A DNA stretch of 64,000 nucleotides. It comes from Octopus vulgaris (Eukaryota). Below the pieces are notes generated by a model. It saw only the letters and a program-made list of their open reading frames with translations. It was not told the DNA's origin and searched no databases. The translations under genes were made by a program, and so were the position numbers. Shown here piece by piece: positions 26,227 to 42,621 of the stretch (within the stretch, counting starts at the first letter, position 1; every line of letters starts with the position of its first letter). Location: positions 48,856,001 to 48,920,000 of the forward strand of contig OX597833.1 of the NCBI GenBank assembly GCA_951406725.2, in the 5' to 3' direction.

Positions 26227-27172
26227 CCAACACACATATATATATAAACATATCTATATAAACATACATATATGTGTGTGTGTAATATATATATATAATA
26301 TATATATATACAGACATAAATACATATATGTATGTCATTAATTAGTGCTATTTGGCTTCAGATAGCACAACAGTTAACCAATGTGTTAACCAATATTTAA
26401 GACTCCATGTAAACCTTTATATATCTAGATTATTTTATTGTGTACTAAATGTTATATGTCCTCAGATTTCTGTTTGTTACTATATACATTTGAATAATTT
26501 ATGGAGTATATATCTGAGTGCAGAATATATATCAGGAGATTTTGTTTTAGTTCATTTATTATAACAGCATAAATTGCACAATCTTACAGGTGTTTCAAAT
26601 GCCAATTCTGGTATGTTAAATGAAAAAACGCTATGTAAACATTTTCATAATAGGGTTTAAAATACCAGATCTTCAGATGAATATTGTAATTCAATTTAGT
26701 ATCATTAACAATAATACTAAATTGGCTGATATTGAGAAAATACAGGAATTTGATTTTCATTCTCTCAGTATGCTTATGTTGGTATGTAGCACTGAAGTAG
26801 ATTAACAATATTCTTATGGCATTCTCAGCTTATTATTCAAATGTTAATGCAATAATTATTGCTTGACATACTGGAATTTTCTAGAGAAACACATGTGAAA
26901 ATATGTAATTCAAAATGCTATAAAAGCACTTTCAGAAACTCACCTGTTTTATTCTGCACTTGTATATTATGTATATATATATATAAATAATAATAATAAT
27001 TATTATTATTATTTGAGGGAATATTAATCCTAACTTACAGGGAAGAAAATTCAATTTAAAAATACTAAATCAAATTTCTCACAATATAATATATATTTCT
27101 ATCATATGTAATTTTCTAGATGGTGTAATTTAATTGTTCATTTTGAATTAATAAAAGGTGGGTTTTTTTCTA

Positions 27173-27224
<52 letters not shown>

Positions 27225-28362
27225 GCACATATATATATATATGTTAGTCATCATCATCAACGTCGTTTTAACATCCAATTTTCCATGTCTTTGCAACTGA
27301 TTGCCCTTCTTTTACCAACTCTCACCTGTTTCAAGCAAGGGAATATTTCCCTATGTTCAGACAAGTTTTCGTAGAAGACTGAAAACAAGGGATTCTGCTT
27401 GTATGACCATAATGATAATTTATAACTATCCTAAAATGTCATGACAAAGGGACACATACATACACCCACGCATGTACATATACATATATATAGATACATG
27501 GTTATATATTTATAAACATGTGCACACATATACATATATATGTATACATGCATCCATATATTTATATATATACACATGATCATCATCATCAAATAACATC
27601 TACTTTTCCATGTTTGCATGGATCAAGCAGAATTTGCTGAGGCAGAGTTTCTATATCTGGATACCCATCCTGTTGCCAACCCTCAATTTTTTCCAAGCAA
27701 AATAATAATTTCCCATGGCCAGACATCGTTTTCAAAGAAGACTGTTAATATACTTCATCAGTAGTATTGATGAAGCTTGTTTACAACCATCACATGAGGT
27801 TACTACACAGATACATATAGGAACACAGACACACACATATGTGTGTGTGTTATAGGTTTCTTTCCGTTGTTGTCTATCAAATTCACTCACAAGGCTTTGG
27901 TCAACCAAGGGTGAAAGTAGAAGATACTTGTTGATGGTGATGTGCTGTGAGACTGAACTGAAAACCACTTGGTTGTGAAACAGAATTCTTCATGCAGCTA
28001 TACCTTCACTTATATTTATCACACACACATATACACATAAATTTTTAAAATATTTTTTGCAACTAAAACTGTGAGTTTGTCTCACAACTCAAGTTTCATG
28101 TCACGGCAATCTTCAGGCAAGTACTACTACAACTAGATAATGGAAATGTATTTACATGTTACATGTGTGATCTTGTACTTGTGTTTGTTCATTGGTTTGC
28201 TTTTCATGCTTATTAATTGGGTGATGTTTTGCTGGCCTGTTCATTGGTTAGTTAATTAGTCTTTGTGAAGTGGTGTTTGTATTTCTTACAACTGTATTTT
28301 GGATGGAGCATTTTTCAAATAAGCTACGAGTGGTCTTTACACATGAAAACTGAAGGGAGCCC

Positions 28363-28422
<60 letters not shown>

Positions 28423-29229
28423 TATATAACATAAGCAAATATCACTGTCATGCATGTAGTGTCATTCTAGCCAATTTTCCTTGAAATCATGTCTGGTGAT
28501 ATGAAAATATAACCTTTTTTGGTAAGAGTTGGTGACAGGAAGGGTATGCAGCCATAGAAATTGTCTTATCTAATTCTGTCTGATCCATGTAGGTATGGAA
28601 AAGTGGACATCAACACAAAGATGATAATGACATTGATATATTTATACATGTACATACTCATACAAGTATATACATATATATATATTTATGATTATATATA
28701 AACATATACATATGCACCAGTGTGTGTATGTGTGCATATATGGCATAATTTCTTCAAGTGGTTCAAACTAAAATGCTGCACTTTTCCATGTAATGCCAGG
28801 AATCTGTCTCCAGTATTTCCTGTTAGCTTTGGTGTGTTCTCAATTTGCTGTTGCATGTTTCTTCCAAAGACATCAACATTGTTGCTGAAGTTTCTCATGA
28901 TCTATTATCAATTTACATAGACATTTATATATCCACATATATGTTAGTATATATAACACAACGCACATAAGTGCGTTTGTGAATATATATATATATATAA
29001 ATGAAAATGTATTTACATGACATATATAAATATATACATGGACACATAAAATACTTACTCGATTATCTAATGTATAAGTGCCTGTTTTTGCAACTTAGAT
29101 TTTTTAACACTTACACACATGTACACACACACACATTTTACCTGTCTACCACAGAAGTTTGGAGGCTGGCAGCTTTGTGTTCAAGATCAGCAATTAGCTG
29201 GAGTCCTCTAGCACTGATGTGGGATCCAT

Positions 29230-29960
29230 GTCCAAGTGAAAGAAACAGTTTTAACTACCACATGTTTGACTGTCTTAGTTTGTGTAGCAAGTCCAGTGCA
29301 ATATTCATTGACAACTCTTGCAGGTTGATGAGGGCCTCTCCAAGCAACTTAAGCTCACTATGAGATGTGTGGTAAACAAAGACCTCATCTCATGTCTAAT
29401 TCTTATGTCATGAAAAGAAGGTAGGCCATGTTTGAAATGGTCTGAGTTAACTGTTTGGTCATGTGAATTCTGCTTGCTTGAGCTTTCTGGACTGAGTTTG
29501 TATCTTAAACTGACATTGTGAATGATGAATGACTAGCAGCTTCATAGTGCCAAAGGCTCAGTGGCTGGCATTGCATGCATGGTGGGTGACACAACCAAGG
29601 GACACCTGATTCTTATTTCTTTACTACCCACAAGGGGTTAAACACAGAGGGGACAAACAAGGACAGACAAATGAATGAAGTCGATTATATCGACCCCTGA
29701 GCGTAACAGGTACTTATTTAATCGACCCCGAAAGGATGAAAGGCAAAGTCGACCTTGGCGGAATTTGAACTCAGAACGTAGCGGCAGATGAAATATTGCT
29801 AAGCATTTCGCCCAGCGCGGTAACGATTCTACCAGCTCGCCACCTGATTCTGTCATGTAGTCACTTTCATGGCTCCATCAGGACTTGAGATTGTTCTGGT
29901 GAATGCCTTCTTCAAAGTATTTGTTGAATATGTAGGTTACTATCTGGGTGAATGTTGGTT
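29230..29960 (+). mobile_element. Decayed mariner/Tc1-type transposase fragment interrupted by a SINE
   Basis: TMRCVVNKDL..SYVMKRR resembles mariner-type helix-turn-helix region; many stops and frameshifts. Confidence 0.4.
29614..29840 (-). mobile_element. Family A SINE with TSD
   Basis: TSD cacctgattct at 29603-29613 and 29841-29851. Confidence 0.88.
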
Positions 29961-32186
29961 TTGCATCAGTCACAAAGGGTTAGAAAGTCTAAGCTAAATT
30001 AAATACATTAAATGTGAATGCGTCTTGTTTTTCTTTCCACAGTCTGAGGGTTACAAACTGTAGTGTGACTACATAAGAATTCAATGTAGTTATTTTACTA
30101 CACACTGTTTTTGCATAAATATATTTACGAAATACTTATACTGCTAATGTACAGTCTGCAAATTAGCGTAGCTGTTACAGAAAAGTACTAAATTGTGAAG
30201 GATTTAAACAGTAATTATTATGAAGTTCTCTTTGCAAGTGGAGTGGGTTATGAGTGCTTGTCAGTTGAGGAGTGGCCAACAAGCCATGAAGAATGTCAGG
30301 GAAATCTCCTTAGTTTTCTATGTGCATTGACAATAGCAAAATTTATTGATATTTCTTCACTGTCCATGGTGCAGTCATTACATGCTGTAACCTTACATTA
30401 TATCTAAGGTAGATTTTCTAATATATCCTGTTTGTGCATAAAAGGTATTTTAAAAAAATGTTATCAAACAATATGTTATATTGTGAATGTGTGTGCATGT
30501 GTGTGTGAACCTATATACATACATGTATACATATCATCAGTCTATAGATTCCAATTCCAGACAAAATATTTAACATAGAATAATGTTTTACTAGCTTAGT
30601 GTAAATTATTAACTAGAATATTGTGAAATATTTGATAGTAAATTTGTTAAATAATTAATGATATAAGATTGGCATGATATAAATCCTTAAATCCTTAAAA
30701 ATGTTTTAGCCCGAATGCCACGGCCATGCTGGGGCACCACTGCTGAAAGTATTTATATGGAAGTATTTTATATATAGTTTCTCATTAGTGTGTCTATTAT
30801 CACAAATCAGTTGAAATTATCCAGATCGAAAATAAATTTGTTTAACATCACAAAATAAATTAATGAATACACCAAGAAAATATTGCATAGTTTGAGAATA
30901 GTGTAATTTTTTAAGGTTAAGTCTAAATCTGAAATAATGTTAACTTATGAAGGTATTGCATGATAAGAGAGTGAAATAAAATACATTTCAGTTAATTTTT
31001 GTTGTAATTAAAAAAAAAAAAAAATTCAAAAATATAAAAATCTTTTATGATAAACTATAAATCTATATAGCACTTGTGTTCTATGAAATTTAAGATGTAA
31101 CTTTATTGGCTCATTCAATGTAAAAAGCTTAAATTAGAAAAAAAAAGTTTAATATAAAATAATCTATAGCCAACGTTTGAGTAATAAACGAGGCAATTGA
31201 CAAAGATTGATTAATCTTGAGATTTTACATTTGTATGTTAATTGTTGTTATTAATCTTATCCTCAATGAAATTATTATTTCAATTACAAGTAATTCTGAA
31301 ATATTAATGAACTAAAACTTAATAATTTAAAATTATTGAAAAATAAACTGCTTAAGTTGCTAGATTAATACATTATATTGGAAGAGCTCTTAAAAATATT
31401 AAACAGAAGTCGTTGAGAACGCTTAAAGCGTTATTGTCCATGTTATCTAGGAATTCCATGATTGTTATAATAACCAAAACAATTGACAACCATTACATAT
31501 TTATCTTTTTATAAAATACTTCATTAATTTTCTTTTATATTAGTACAGGCATTTTGTTTGCTTGTGATAACCTTCATATAATATTTCAAAATATATTCAA
31601 ACAACAGGTAATTCAAGAGAAAACAGACTTGGAGTACTAGCTGAAAGAGTGGAAGTGTGAAACTCAGAGTACTAAAAGTTATGATCCTTTCAGTTATAAT
31701 GTACTAAAAAGTACTCTACATTTACATACTGAGTTCTGTAATGTATTGTTTCTCAATGGATCAACAGAAAATTTTTATATGTATATGTGTTGTGTATATA
31801 TGTGTGTGTGTGTGTGTAAATATGTATGAATGTATATATATATGGTGAGAAGGAGAGAGAGAGACAGAAAGAGGGAGAGAGAAAGAAGAAAGAGAAGGTT
31901 GAAAATGTTCTTTTTCTCTCAAATGAAGGTTAAGTCCTGAAATATCAGGTTCTTCTTTTCCTCCATGTCATGCGAACTTAGCCAAATTCTTGATTTTCAC
32001 TGTATAATTTCTTTGCTGACACACAGACCACCATCAGTTTCTTTTGACTCTACACAAGCAAGATGCAGTCCTCTAACCCATCTAGAGGTGAGCAATATCT
32101 CTGAATACGTGCTGACTCTAACTGCAACACCCTATTCAACCCATCCATTATGGAAAGTTGATGTAAAATGATGCCAATGATGATGA

Positions 32187-32264
<78 letters not shown>

Positions 32265-34089
32265 AGAGAGAGAACGAGAGAAATTGACAGATATATATTT
32301 TGCATGTGTACACATGTATAACCATTTTTTGTATTCAATTCCTCATTCACTTTTAGAACTGTTGCACTATGCATGAGGACTACAATCTTTAAGTTCCTAC
32401 TGCTGAAGGCTTAAAACAGTTCTGATAAAATTTTGTCATTGAATTACTGAATACCATAGAAGAATTCACTAAAGTCCTTACTCCTTGTTACTTAATCCTA
32501 TGTTTATTTATAAAGGAAATTTGATTCACTATTGAGTCTTTAAAATAGTGAAGAAAGCCTGTTACCTACACTTTTCTTATTAATACTACAAACATGAATG
32601 GGACTGAGAAAAAATTGCTTTTCCCAATAACCTATTTTTGGTTTTAGATTTAGATGATGAAATCTAAAAATATCTTAAAATAGATGAAAATATATGCTAC
32701 AATATTATAATAAGTAAAATAAGTTTAAGTATAGAATATTATAAAAGATTTCAATTTCAGAAAGATATAATAAATTTTCAGGTACTTGACAAGTTGCTTA
32801 AGAAAATCACTTCTATCAACTGGAATATAAAAAAAACTAATAATCACCAATAATCTCAAAATAGAGACAAACTATATCTAAAAGTCAAGGATGTCTAAGG
32901 TTAGGCAAAGAAATATTCACTGGTGAAGGAAGAAATATCATGCAAATTAGAAGTGAACTTGAAAAAAACAAAAAACAGAAAAAATAACTGAGACTTTAAT
33001 GATATCTCATGTAACCATAGGGATGTTGTGTGTCTATATATTGGTAGACATATACATGTTCAAAAAGAAATATCGACTATGTACAAGCCTGCACAAATAA
33101 CAAATAGTGAGTAAGTTGAATAATTGCTATATCATTCATACTGTGAAAGATACAATTTTGCTGTACAAGATAAACATAGAGGGACTAAATACTTCATCAC
33201 CGCTTAAGATAAAGACACCAGAACACGACTAATTTCTAATAACGAATGTAAGAGCTGCAATACGCTGTATCAACAGGTAAGAATATCAATAAAGAGTGAG
33301 CTTTCTAAATGTCGTGGTGTTATACCAAGAACCATTTAAATGTTATTCAAAAAAGAATTGCATTAACAGAAGGATATCTAACACAAATAAACCTTTATAT
33401 TAACATCTTTGAGTTTAAAATTTTGTTGAAATAATCTAGTTAAGACTTCCATCACAGACAAGTAAAACAGATAGCATTTTCTGAAAATAAAAACAGGTTT
33501 TTCTTTCACACAGTAGTCTAACAAGTGCTATTGCAATAATTTCTATCAGAGAAAAGTAAAATGTCTTGGGTAGAAACTACAGGTATTGTACTTTGATTAC
33601 TAAATACATACCTATAATATTGATGAATTTCTGTAATATGCAACATGGAATTTTGTCAGTGGACAGGTCATAGTTTCAAAGTGGCGAAAATATTTTGACA
33701 AATTAAATTTAAATGTTGAAGTGAATTTAACAGTTTTTGTGTGTTTTTAAAATGGCTTATAAACACCTTCCACGCTGCAATTATTATTATTATTTTATTA
33801 AATATTTATGAAATAAGCTTTGGAAATATCTCAGAGAAAGATAAGAAACAACTGATCTAAATTTTTCCAATCTGACCACTAGGTGGAGCAATGCAAGACA
33901 GACAACACATTAATAAAAGAAAATCATATTATTTAAAATTGTAATTTGAATGTTAACAAAAGATCTTGTCTCTTTATTAGGAGAGTCTTGTTCAATTGAA
34001 ACTAGATTTAAAGGGCATACACACATATCTTACAATGTTAATACACACATATCTTACAATGTTAATACAAGTTTTATGTTAATACAAGT

Positions 34090-34228
<139 letters not shown>

Positions 34229-34521
34229 ATCAAAACTCTAAACAACCTTTTGGATTAATCTAGAATGAAAGTAAAATCTTAAAAATTCCAATTTTAATAT
34301 ATTTTAATAAAAATATTGCTTTTATCTGTTCATTTTGAACAACCATTTTTGATCCAAACCCACAGTTTACTCTCTGCTGCTTTTATTCACTGTGGCTAAT
34401 TCCATTCCTATTTTCTGTCTCCATCTTCAGACTTACATTTACTCCTTTATCTTGTTGTACCTTCAGAGAGTCATTATGCCAATAATAAAGACACACACAC
34501 ACACTAGTTGTATCTCACTTC

Positions 34522-34556
<35 letters not shown>

Positions 34557-35472
34557 GTCAATTAGTTAGCATTTAACCTATTCACTAACTGAGTGTTTGA
34601 TTTGTCAATTAACCAGTCAGCTAGATTTGTCAAAGTCCTTTTGTGGTCATTTATCACCGTGTTTGTTATTGGCATCATGATTCTCCCTAGATATAACAAA
34701 ACAAAGTCTGTTTCAACACACCACGAATCTCACAAACCAAATACAAAAAAAAAAACGAAACACTTCTTTATCACTTTTGCTCATCAGTCTAAACTGACAA
34801 TATTGGTATAGCAAATAGAATTTTAAAGAAATGAATTAATCATTGTTCATGTTTAACAAGGAAAGCAGTGAAACCTGAGATTACTTTCATATTTCACTAT
34901 TTCATAAATTTCAATTTTTTTTATACCATGTTTTTTTTTAAAGTCATTTTGTTCTGATAATATTAAAAGTTATTTTACAATTTTTTAGTTTAATTTTTTT
35001 TTTTTTCATAAATATAAACGAATATCCACTGGTTTCAATTTTGAGTATTCCAACAGAATAGCCTACTCATTGAATTCCTAAGTGGTCGAGTATTCTACAA
35101 ACACGGATACTCTTAATCTAATTCTCATGGAGAATCAATGTGACAGTGTATGACAAGGCTGACCTTCCAAATGACCAATACAGCCCATCTGATGGGCTTC
35201 CAAACAGTTTCCACCAGCCTTTTCTGAGGTAATGGAAAAAGGACCTTTTGATTGCAAAATGAAATTCTTTACCATTCAGCCATGCCAGCACCATCTTTCA
35301 TATTTCATTATTTTATAAGCTTTGACCTTTCTTAAAAAGTTAGAAAGGACATATTAGGTAATATTGTCCTATATATATACATACATATATATAAACACAC
35401 ACATTTACATACATACATATATATATATATATGTATATATATGTATGTGTGTGTTTGTATGTGTATGTATAC

Positions 35473-35528
<56 letters not shown>

Positions 35529-35973
35529 ATATGTATATATATATATATACATGCATATATATATATATATATGTATGTATATATATATTATCCATATTAG
35601 TCAGTTTAGAATGGTTACCAATAAAAGAATGTATACATTCCAAAACACTTGTCCTTATTTGACTCACCTCCTTCAACCTGATTCCCAAGAACTGTTTCAA
35701 ACTTTATCCATTACCAGTAGAAAATAGTCATGGAGAAAGTGTACATAACTCTAAAACATGGCATACACGGCCAATAGCTATTAGAAAATAGTGAACTATC
35801 TGAAAACATTAACTAAAATCTTTTTTATCCATAGGGAACTTAAGAGTATTGGTTTCTAAACATTAAGATAATATACATTTAATATCTTGCACAACTGTAC
35901 AGCACACTAGAAGTTAGTTTAGAATGATGAAGTTTGCATTAGAGCTGCATAATATTATCATTGCATCTGTGTT

Positions 35974-36026
<53 letters not shown>

Positions 36027-37128
36027 ATACAACACATGCACATCATGTACTCACACATACAGATAGAAGCATGTACATATTCATGCATACATGCACTATG
36101 AAACACAAAAACTCAAGCAAAATGGTCAACTGGCTAAACTTGTGGTTTTGGAGTTCAATTCTGTCTCTAGGCAGTACTTTATTCTGTGCACTTGTGTTCG
36201 TCCAGTTGTTTCCAGAAAAGATCCCTAATCAGGACAGATATATTGTGCATGTATTTAATGCTACTTAACCTGGAGATAAAACCTAGACTCATAAGTTCTT
36301 ACAGAGACATTATCTGTACATAGATATCAATATTACAAACGTATATGTGTGTTAAAGTATGTGCTGACATGCATACATATATAAATACATATACATAAAT
36401 ACATACATACAGACATACATATATTATATATATGTGTGTGTGTGTGTTGAAATAGGCACAGACATAGATAATTATATTTAAATAGGTGCTAACATACATA
36501 ATATTTTAATTAATTCTTATTTCACCCGTAGTGATGAGAAACAAAAAAAAAATTATTGTAATAATTAATTCTGGTCCAGAGATAATGAGGAATCAACCTC
36601 AAAATTTAAATTAATTAAAAGTAAAATGCAGTGATGAGTCTAATCTTTGGCAGTAGAAGGACAACTCTGGACATGTACCAGCTTTATTAGATCACATCAG
36701 CAAAGCAAAGCCTATCTGTTACTGCCAGATCATTGAATGACAAAAAAAAAATATGAACACTGGATGGCATGATAACTTAACATAAGAACTGGGGAAAAGA
36801 CATATGGACATATGTATTTAGAGATATAAATACATAGATTTACAAACAAATATATACATGTATTTACAGATGCTTTGATATTATCTATATAAATACACAC
36901 AGGCATACATACACACACAATGTAGTATTTAAAAAAATATATATACATATAAACTGATAAAAATCACTATAAAGAACAACGTTGAGGATTAATTAAGGCA
37001 CTAACCATATCATAATTTTTGGTAGAATTGTTACAATAAGAAAGCTATCATGTAAATTATACATTGAAATTTAATTGAATTAGAATCATAAAGAACCTCA
37101 TGGATTAGCCTCATGTAATTATAATTAT

Positions 37129-37550
37129 CCCCTACGAGGTCCAGTCCTTGTTGTGGAGTGGTGGCTTATGTGCCTCAATGACCTTGAGGGCTATGCCGGT
37201 GAAGCGCAAGCTCCTGGTAGAGTCTCCCATGATGGACAAGCTAAAGGACTGGGGCCAGACTAATATGGACCACCTCTTCCTAGAGGTAAAAAAAAAGGGA
37301 TTTCTGTAGGGCCAGCAACCCCTACCTTAGAAAAAAAGCAAAGTTACGAAAAGCATCGATGACAATTCAAAACCAACAGGACCTGGGAAAAGAAGACTCT
37401 CTTATCAGCTGGGAACATGCCAGTTCAAGCAAAGCTGGAAAAGCAAGGGTCCAACTAGAGAGAAGCAGAAAAGATAACCCAGAACCGAGAACAGTGAAGA
37501 AGAGTTGTCGATGGCCTATGCTCTACAGGGAGCGCAGGGCGTTAATAAAA
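37129..37550 (+). mobile_element. Internally deleted non-autonomous RTE element with TSD
   Basis: RTE-like 5' UTR (ccttgttgtggagtggtggcttatgtgcctcaatgaccttgagggctatgcc) joined to ORF end QNREQ*RRVVDGLCSTGS; TSD taattataattat at 37116-37128 and 37551-37563. Confidence 0.75.
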
Positions 37551-37862
37551 TAATTATAATTATACAAACAGAACATAATGACATTTAGATTTTAAGTGAA
37601 AAATCATCATTTTTGAAAAAAAGTTTTGTGTATTTGTATGTATAAGTGTATGTATGTGTTGATGAGACTAAGCATTCTTCAAACAATATTGAATAAATGT
37701 GGAATCAATATTTATTTCAAAAATGTTTGTTTTCTTTGAATACTAAATCCAACCAGTTGTAGAGTACTACCATTAAAAGCACTAATTCCATACATATATA
37801 TACGTACATATATAGATACATACATACACACACACACACACACATATATATATATGTATGTA

Positions 37863-38068
37863 TATATACGAAAGAAGGTTTGAAAATGCAATTTTAAAAG
37901 ATGTTTATTTACTTTACCGGTTTCACTCTTTGCTACATTGTAACAACCAATAATTAATGGAACCAAACTTCTACATGTTACTTTTGACAATCTTTTTCCA
38001 AAGAGTGAAACCGGTAAAGTAAATAAACATCTTTTAAAATTGCATTTTCAAACCTTCTTTCGTATATA
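37863..38068. repeat. Perfect 70-bp inverted repeat with 66-nt spacer
   Basis: 37863-37932 is the reverse complement of 37999-38068; contains GAAA-CCGG-TA. Confidence 0.9.
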
Positions 38069-38103
38069 ATTCCACTCGTGCGGTACCCTACAACTCCACT
38101 TTG

Positions 38104-38145
<42 letters not shown>

Positions 38146-40918
38146 GTATATATATATGAATGAATATATATATATAAGAATCAAACTCACATCTTCAATG
38201 CCCACAACAGATGTGCTAAAATCATTAGCTGAGGAACTGCAGTGACTCAAGGGCTTAATGGGCCATGCTAAAGCAACTCATCAAACCTTGATAAGTGTAT
38301 TGCATGGGATCTCTAGGCCCTTCAGTTACATTACATACCAGAACTATAAAATCTCTTTTTTGTGTATTTAGTTCTGTTTTGTGGTTTTATGAAACCAAAT
38401 TTTATATATTCATACACACACACACACGTGTGTGTGGTGTGTGGTGTGTATATATATATATATGAAATCTTGCTAATTTCAGTCATTGGAGCACAGCCCA
38501 ATTTCAAAGGGTTTAATTAATTATATCGATCCTAATACTTTGATAATTATTTTACCAAATGTGTAAGGTATCTTGAGCAAGATATCAAGGAATGCAAACT
38601 AAGTGGAATGAAATACCACAAATATTCTTTGTTTAATGCAATAATTCTGTCATGCCTCTCTGTATATATATATATGCATGTACGTATATATATGTATATT
38701 TATATGCACATACATAAACACACGTATACATACATATATACATATATGCACATATAAATATGCATGTATGTAAATAAGTACTGTAATTTACTTGAAGCAT
38801 TGTTACATATGTAAATGAGATAAGTTTTTGTAAACTCCTCTGAGCAATGCAGGTGAGCAGTTTAGGCAAATATATTAGGTGGTGTCTAGGAATGAAAACC
38901 AAAGAGAGGAAAGATATTTTATTACCTTAAGTAGGTTGTTTCATGGTCCTATAACATTTCAAGAAAGGATTCCTTTTTTTTCAAATATTGGGAAGAAAAT
39001 AATGGTGGAATGTGTTGTAAATAGTTGGTCATTCTAGTCTGTTGTGGAAACACACTAGAATGGCCTGCTTTAAACTTTTTATTTTCCTCCTTCTGTTTGA
39101 AAAGGGGGAATTTTTTCCTGAAATATTAAAGTATCGTTAGGTATCTCAGATAATACAATTTAAATATGTAAGGTAATACAATATCTTTTCTGTTTTTGTT
39201 TTCATCCATTAACATCACCTTACATATTTAGGCTTAAATCCACACCTGCATTGCTCAAAAATTTTTGCTAACACATATCTTATATATATATATGAGCTTC
39301 AATATAGTTTCTAACAAATTTCACCTACAAGGCTTGGGTCAATCAGAGTATATGGAAGACATAACTGAAGAATCCGGGTTTTGAGCCCACTGTGTAGACC
39401 AGTTGCTGAACCAATCAAATATAGTCATAGAATATCTCCATATCATAAAGTAGCTGAAATACTAGGAGAATGGTCATGTGACTATTTAAGTTGTTGCAGC
39501 AAACTATCCTTTCAAATAGTCAGCAATTATGAGAGGGGAGTCTCAAGTAACAACTATCTTGGGACGATTGCTATTTGTAATAGCTTTTGCAAATATCTCT
39601 ATTGTCATTAGAACAGCCACTCTCATTAGTCATTCTAATGATGATAAATTATAAAGTCAATTTATTCAGTCCCAATGCTGGCAATGACTTATAGAAAGAC
39701 CTCAATACCTTATACAAGTAAGCTAATGAAAGCAACGCGAAATTCACAGATGAGATGCTTTCTACTCAGAAAAGTGTACAGGCTAAGGGGCAAAATACTT
39801 GTGACCCTAGTGATCATATAGGGATCATATATAAGCTTGTACTACCTCTGAGTAGCTCCTGCGGTTTCTGTGTGGGGGAAAATCATCTCTGATTTTTATT
39901 TCACCCATATGTAGATAATATATATTATCAATGGTGACTGTTGAAATGTGCTGACACTGGTTTCTCAAACATTATTTTGACTGCATCCAATCAAAGGCCC
40001 TTCATTCAATGCATATTTAGTGTACTCAATTGCACAAACCTATAAAACTAGCAACATTTCATGTGTATGTATTTGTGTGTAGGCTTTGAGCTGTACTCAT
40101 TGTGTAAAATTAGGCAATATTTCATAACACTAGGTTAGAAATGTTGATTTTTTGGTTTGACTTATGAACATTTTTTTTCCACAAGAAATGCTGCTGCTTT
40201 ATAAAAGAGTGACAACTTGAGCTTTTCCCAGAAGCCTCGTCTTTAAATGTTTAAAAGTACATGTAACTTCAAAGTTTATTGTGATTGGCCTGACTAATGC
40301 AAACTGGCATACCACAAAACATAACTACCAGTATGTTAATTACATGCTGCTTATCTATAGAACACTTTGATGAAACAGTGTAAAAAAAAAAAAAACACAT
40401 ACACCATGGGGCCCCGGATGATTGATTAGTGTTTGTCAACTGTTGCAAATGGCACTGGTAAATGTCGGCTAATTTTACTGTACTGTTATTTTGAGACAGG
40501 CTTATAATGCATTTTTATTATTTCAGTATAACCTTACTAACCAAACCTTCGAAACATAACAGTAAATGCCAGTAGAAAATATAGGTCCATAGGACCTATG
40601 TGTGTTTTAAAAATTTTTTTAATGCTGTTCTCCATCACATTTAGTGACACGCTAAACCAGAGGAGGTCAACGGTTCAGATTTAACATTTGCTGTTTATGA
40701 TGTACCCTGATTTGTTTGATGACATTTTAATATTCAAACTCCATCCTATACATCACTCACGTTTATACACATGTATACATTCACATATGTATACATACAT
40801 GCACATATATATATATACATACACACAACCGTAACTGTATAATACTTTTACACATGCAAATGCACACACATATGTTTGTATATATGAATGCTTGTATGTG
40901 CAGATTTGTATGAATGTC

Positions 40919-40956
<38 letters not shown>

Positions 40957-41447
40957 ATACACACATATATATATATACATACACATATATATATATATAC
41001 GTACATATATATATATATATACATACACATATATATATATATACATACACACACATATATATATATATATATTATACCTTAAATGAGAACTCCATACAGA
41101 ATGTGTTCCAACTGACATATATAAAAGGGTTCATGTAGCTATGCTCTCAGGAAATCCAAAAAACATCCACACCAACCATATACATGCAGCACCAGAAAGC
41201 AAGAGACAGCACTTTCTGCATTGCCTGTTGTAAATAGAGAAAATACTATCCCAGATGCGCAACTCCATAAATAACGACAAATGTTGGAGCAGCTATCTCT
41301 TGTTTTATACAGTATGCAAATGAATGAGGTGGTATGTTTTTTTTCTCACACTGATCAAGAAACCCTTTTAACAAGGTTATTTGCAAAAGATCTTTCATGA
41401 AATTAGAAAGTTCTCACTGCACACACATACACACACTTGTATACACA

Positions 41448-41497
<50 letters not shown>

Positions 41498-42621
41498 CAC
41501 ACACGTACATGCAAACTTAAGTGTTCAAGTTGACAGGGGCTTTAGAATAATTTTGACCCTGATCACATTGTTATTCTGAAACTAGCTTTAAAAGAATAAC
41601 CTTAATCTATCTATCTATCTATCTACCTATACACACATACATACACATATGTATACATATCCATATATAATTACACATACTATATAAATATATATATAAT
41701 GAATTAACCCCGAAATTGGGACAAATACGGTAATAACGGATTGTTTAGAAATTTCTATCAGTTTGTTTCGAGACACATAAATTATAATGCTTATTGACAA
41801 TTTTTGTCTTTTTTTAAGCATATTTGGCATTAGAATTTCTCTTTTGCCCTCATTTTGTAAATTATTTATGAATTTAACCTTTAAAGGTATTTTTTGATAT
41901 GCTGGCCATTGATAAAATTTTTTTCTCGAAAAAAAAATTATCCTACATTAGTTATATATATATATATACATATATATACATGTGTGTGTGTGTGTGTGTG
42001 TGTATGTGAACTATATATACAAACATACAGACACATCATCTTCATCTTTGCTTCCCATGTTGGCATGGACTGAATAATTCAACAATACTCCAATGGGTTA
42101 CACCATCCAGACCATGTGAGTGTAGTTTGGATGTGAAATAATGATTATGATATATATATATTATATGTTATATTTATATATATATACACACACACATATA
42201 TGCATGTATATGTATACATACATATCATACACACACACACACACATACGTATGCACATTCATATAATTTTAAGACAACTTTGTTTTCGAACTTAAAGAAT
42301 ATTATCTACTTCTATTTATTGTTCGTATATGTGCAGTATGGAATAAATTAAAGAAAAATTGCTGCTATCATTAAATTAATGTTTCATAATATGCTTGTTT
42401 TGAAACATGAATTAAAACAATTAAAGGATCTCACTTTTGCATACTCTAAAACTAAGCACATTAAGAATTCTGTTGAACCTATATTTAACTTTGAACCATT
42501 TGAACAATCTGCATTTTGATAAATTTCACAATTATAAACTTTATAATTCTAAATTAAATATGAGATGATTTCATGACAAAATAACATTTATTGCTGCAAA
42601 ATTAGATTATGCCTAATTTAA

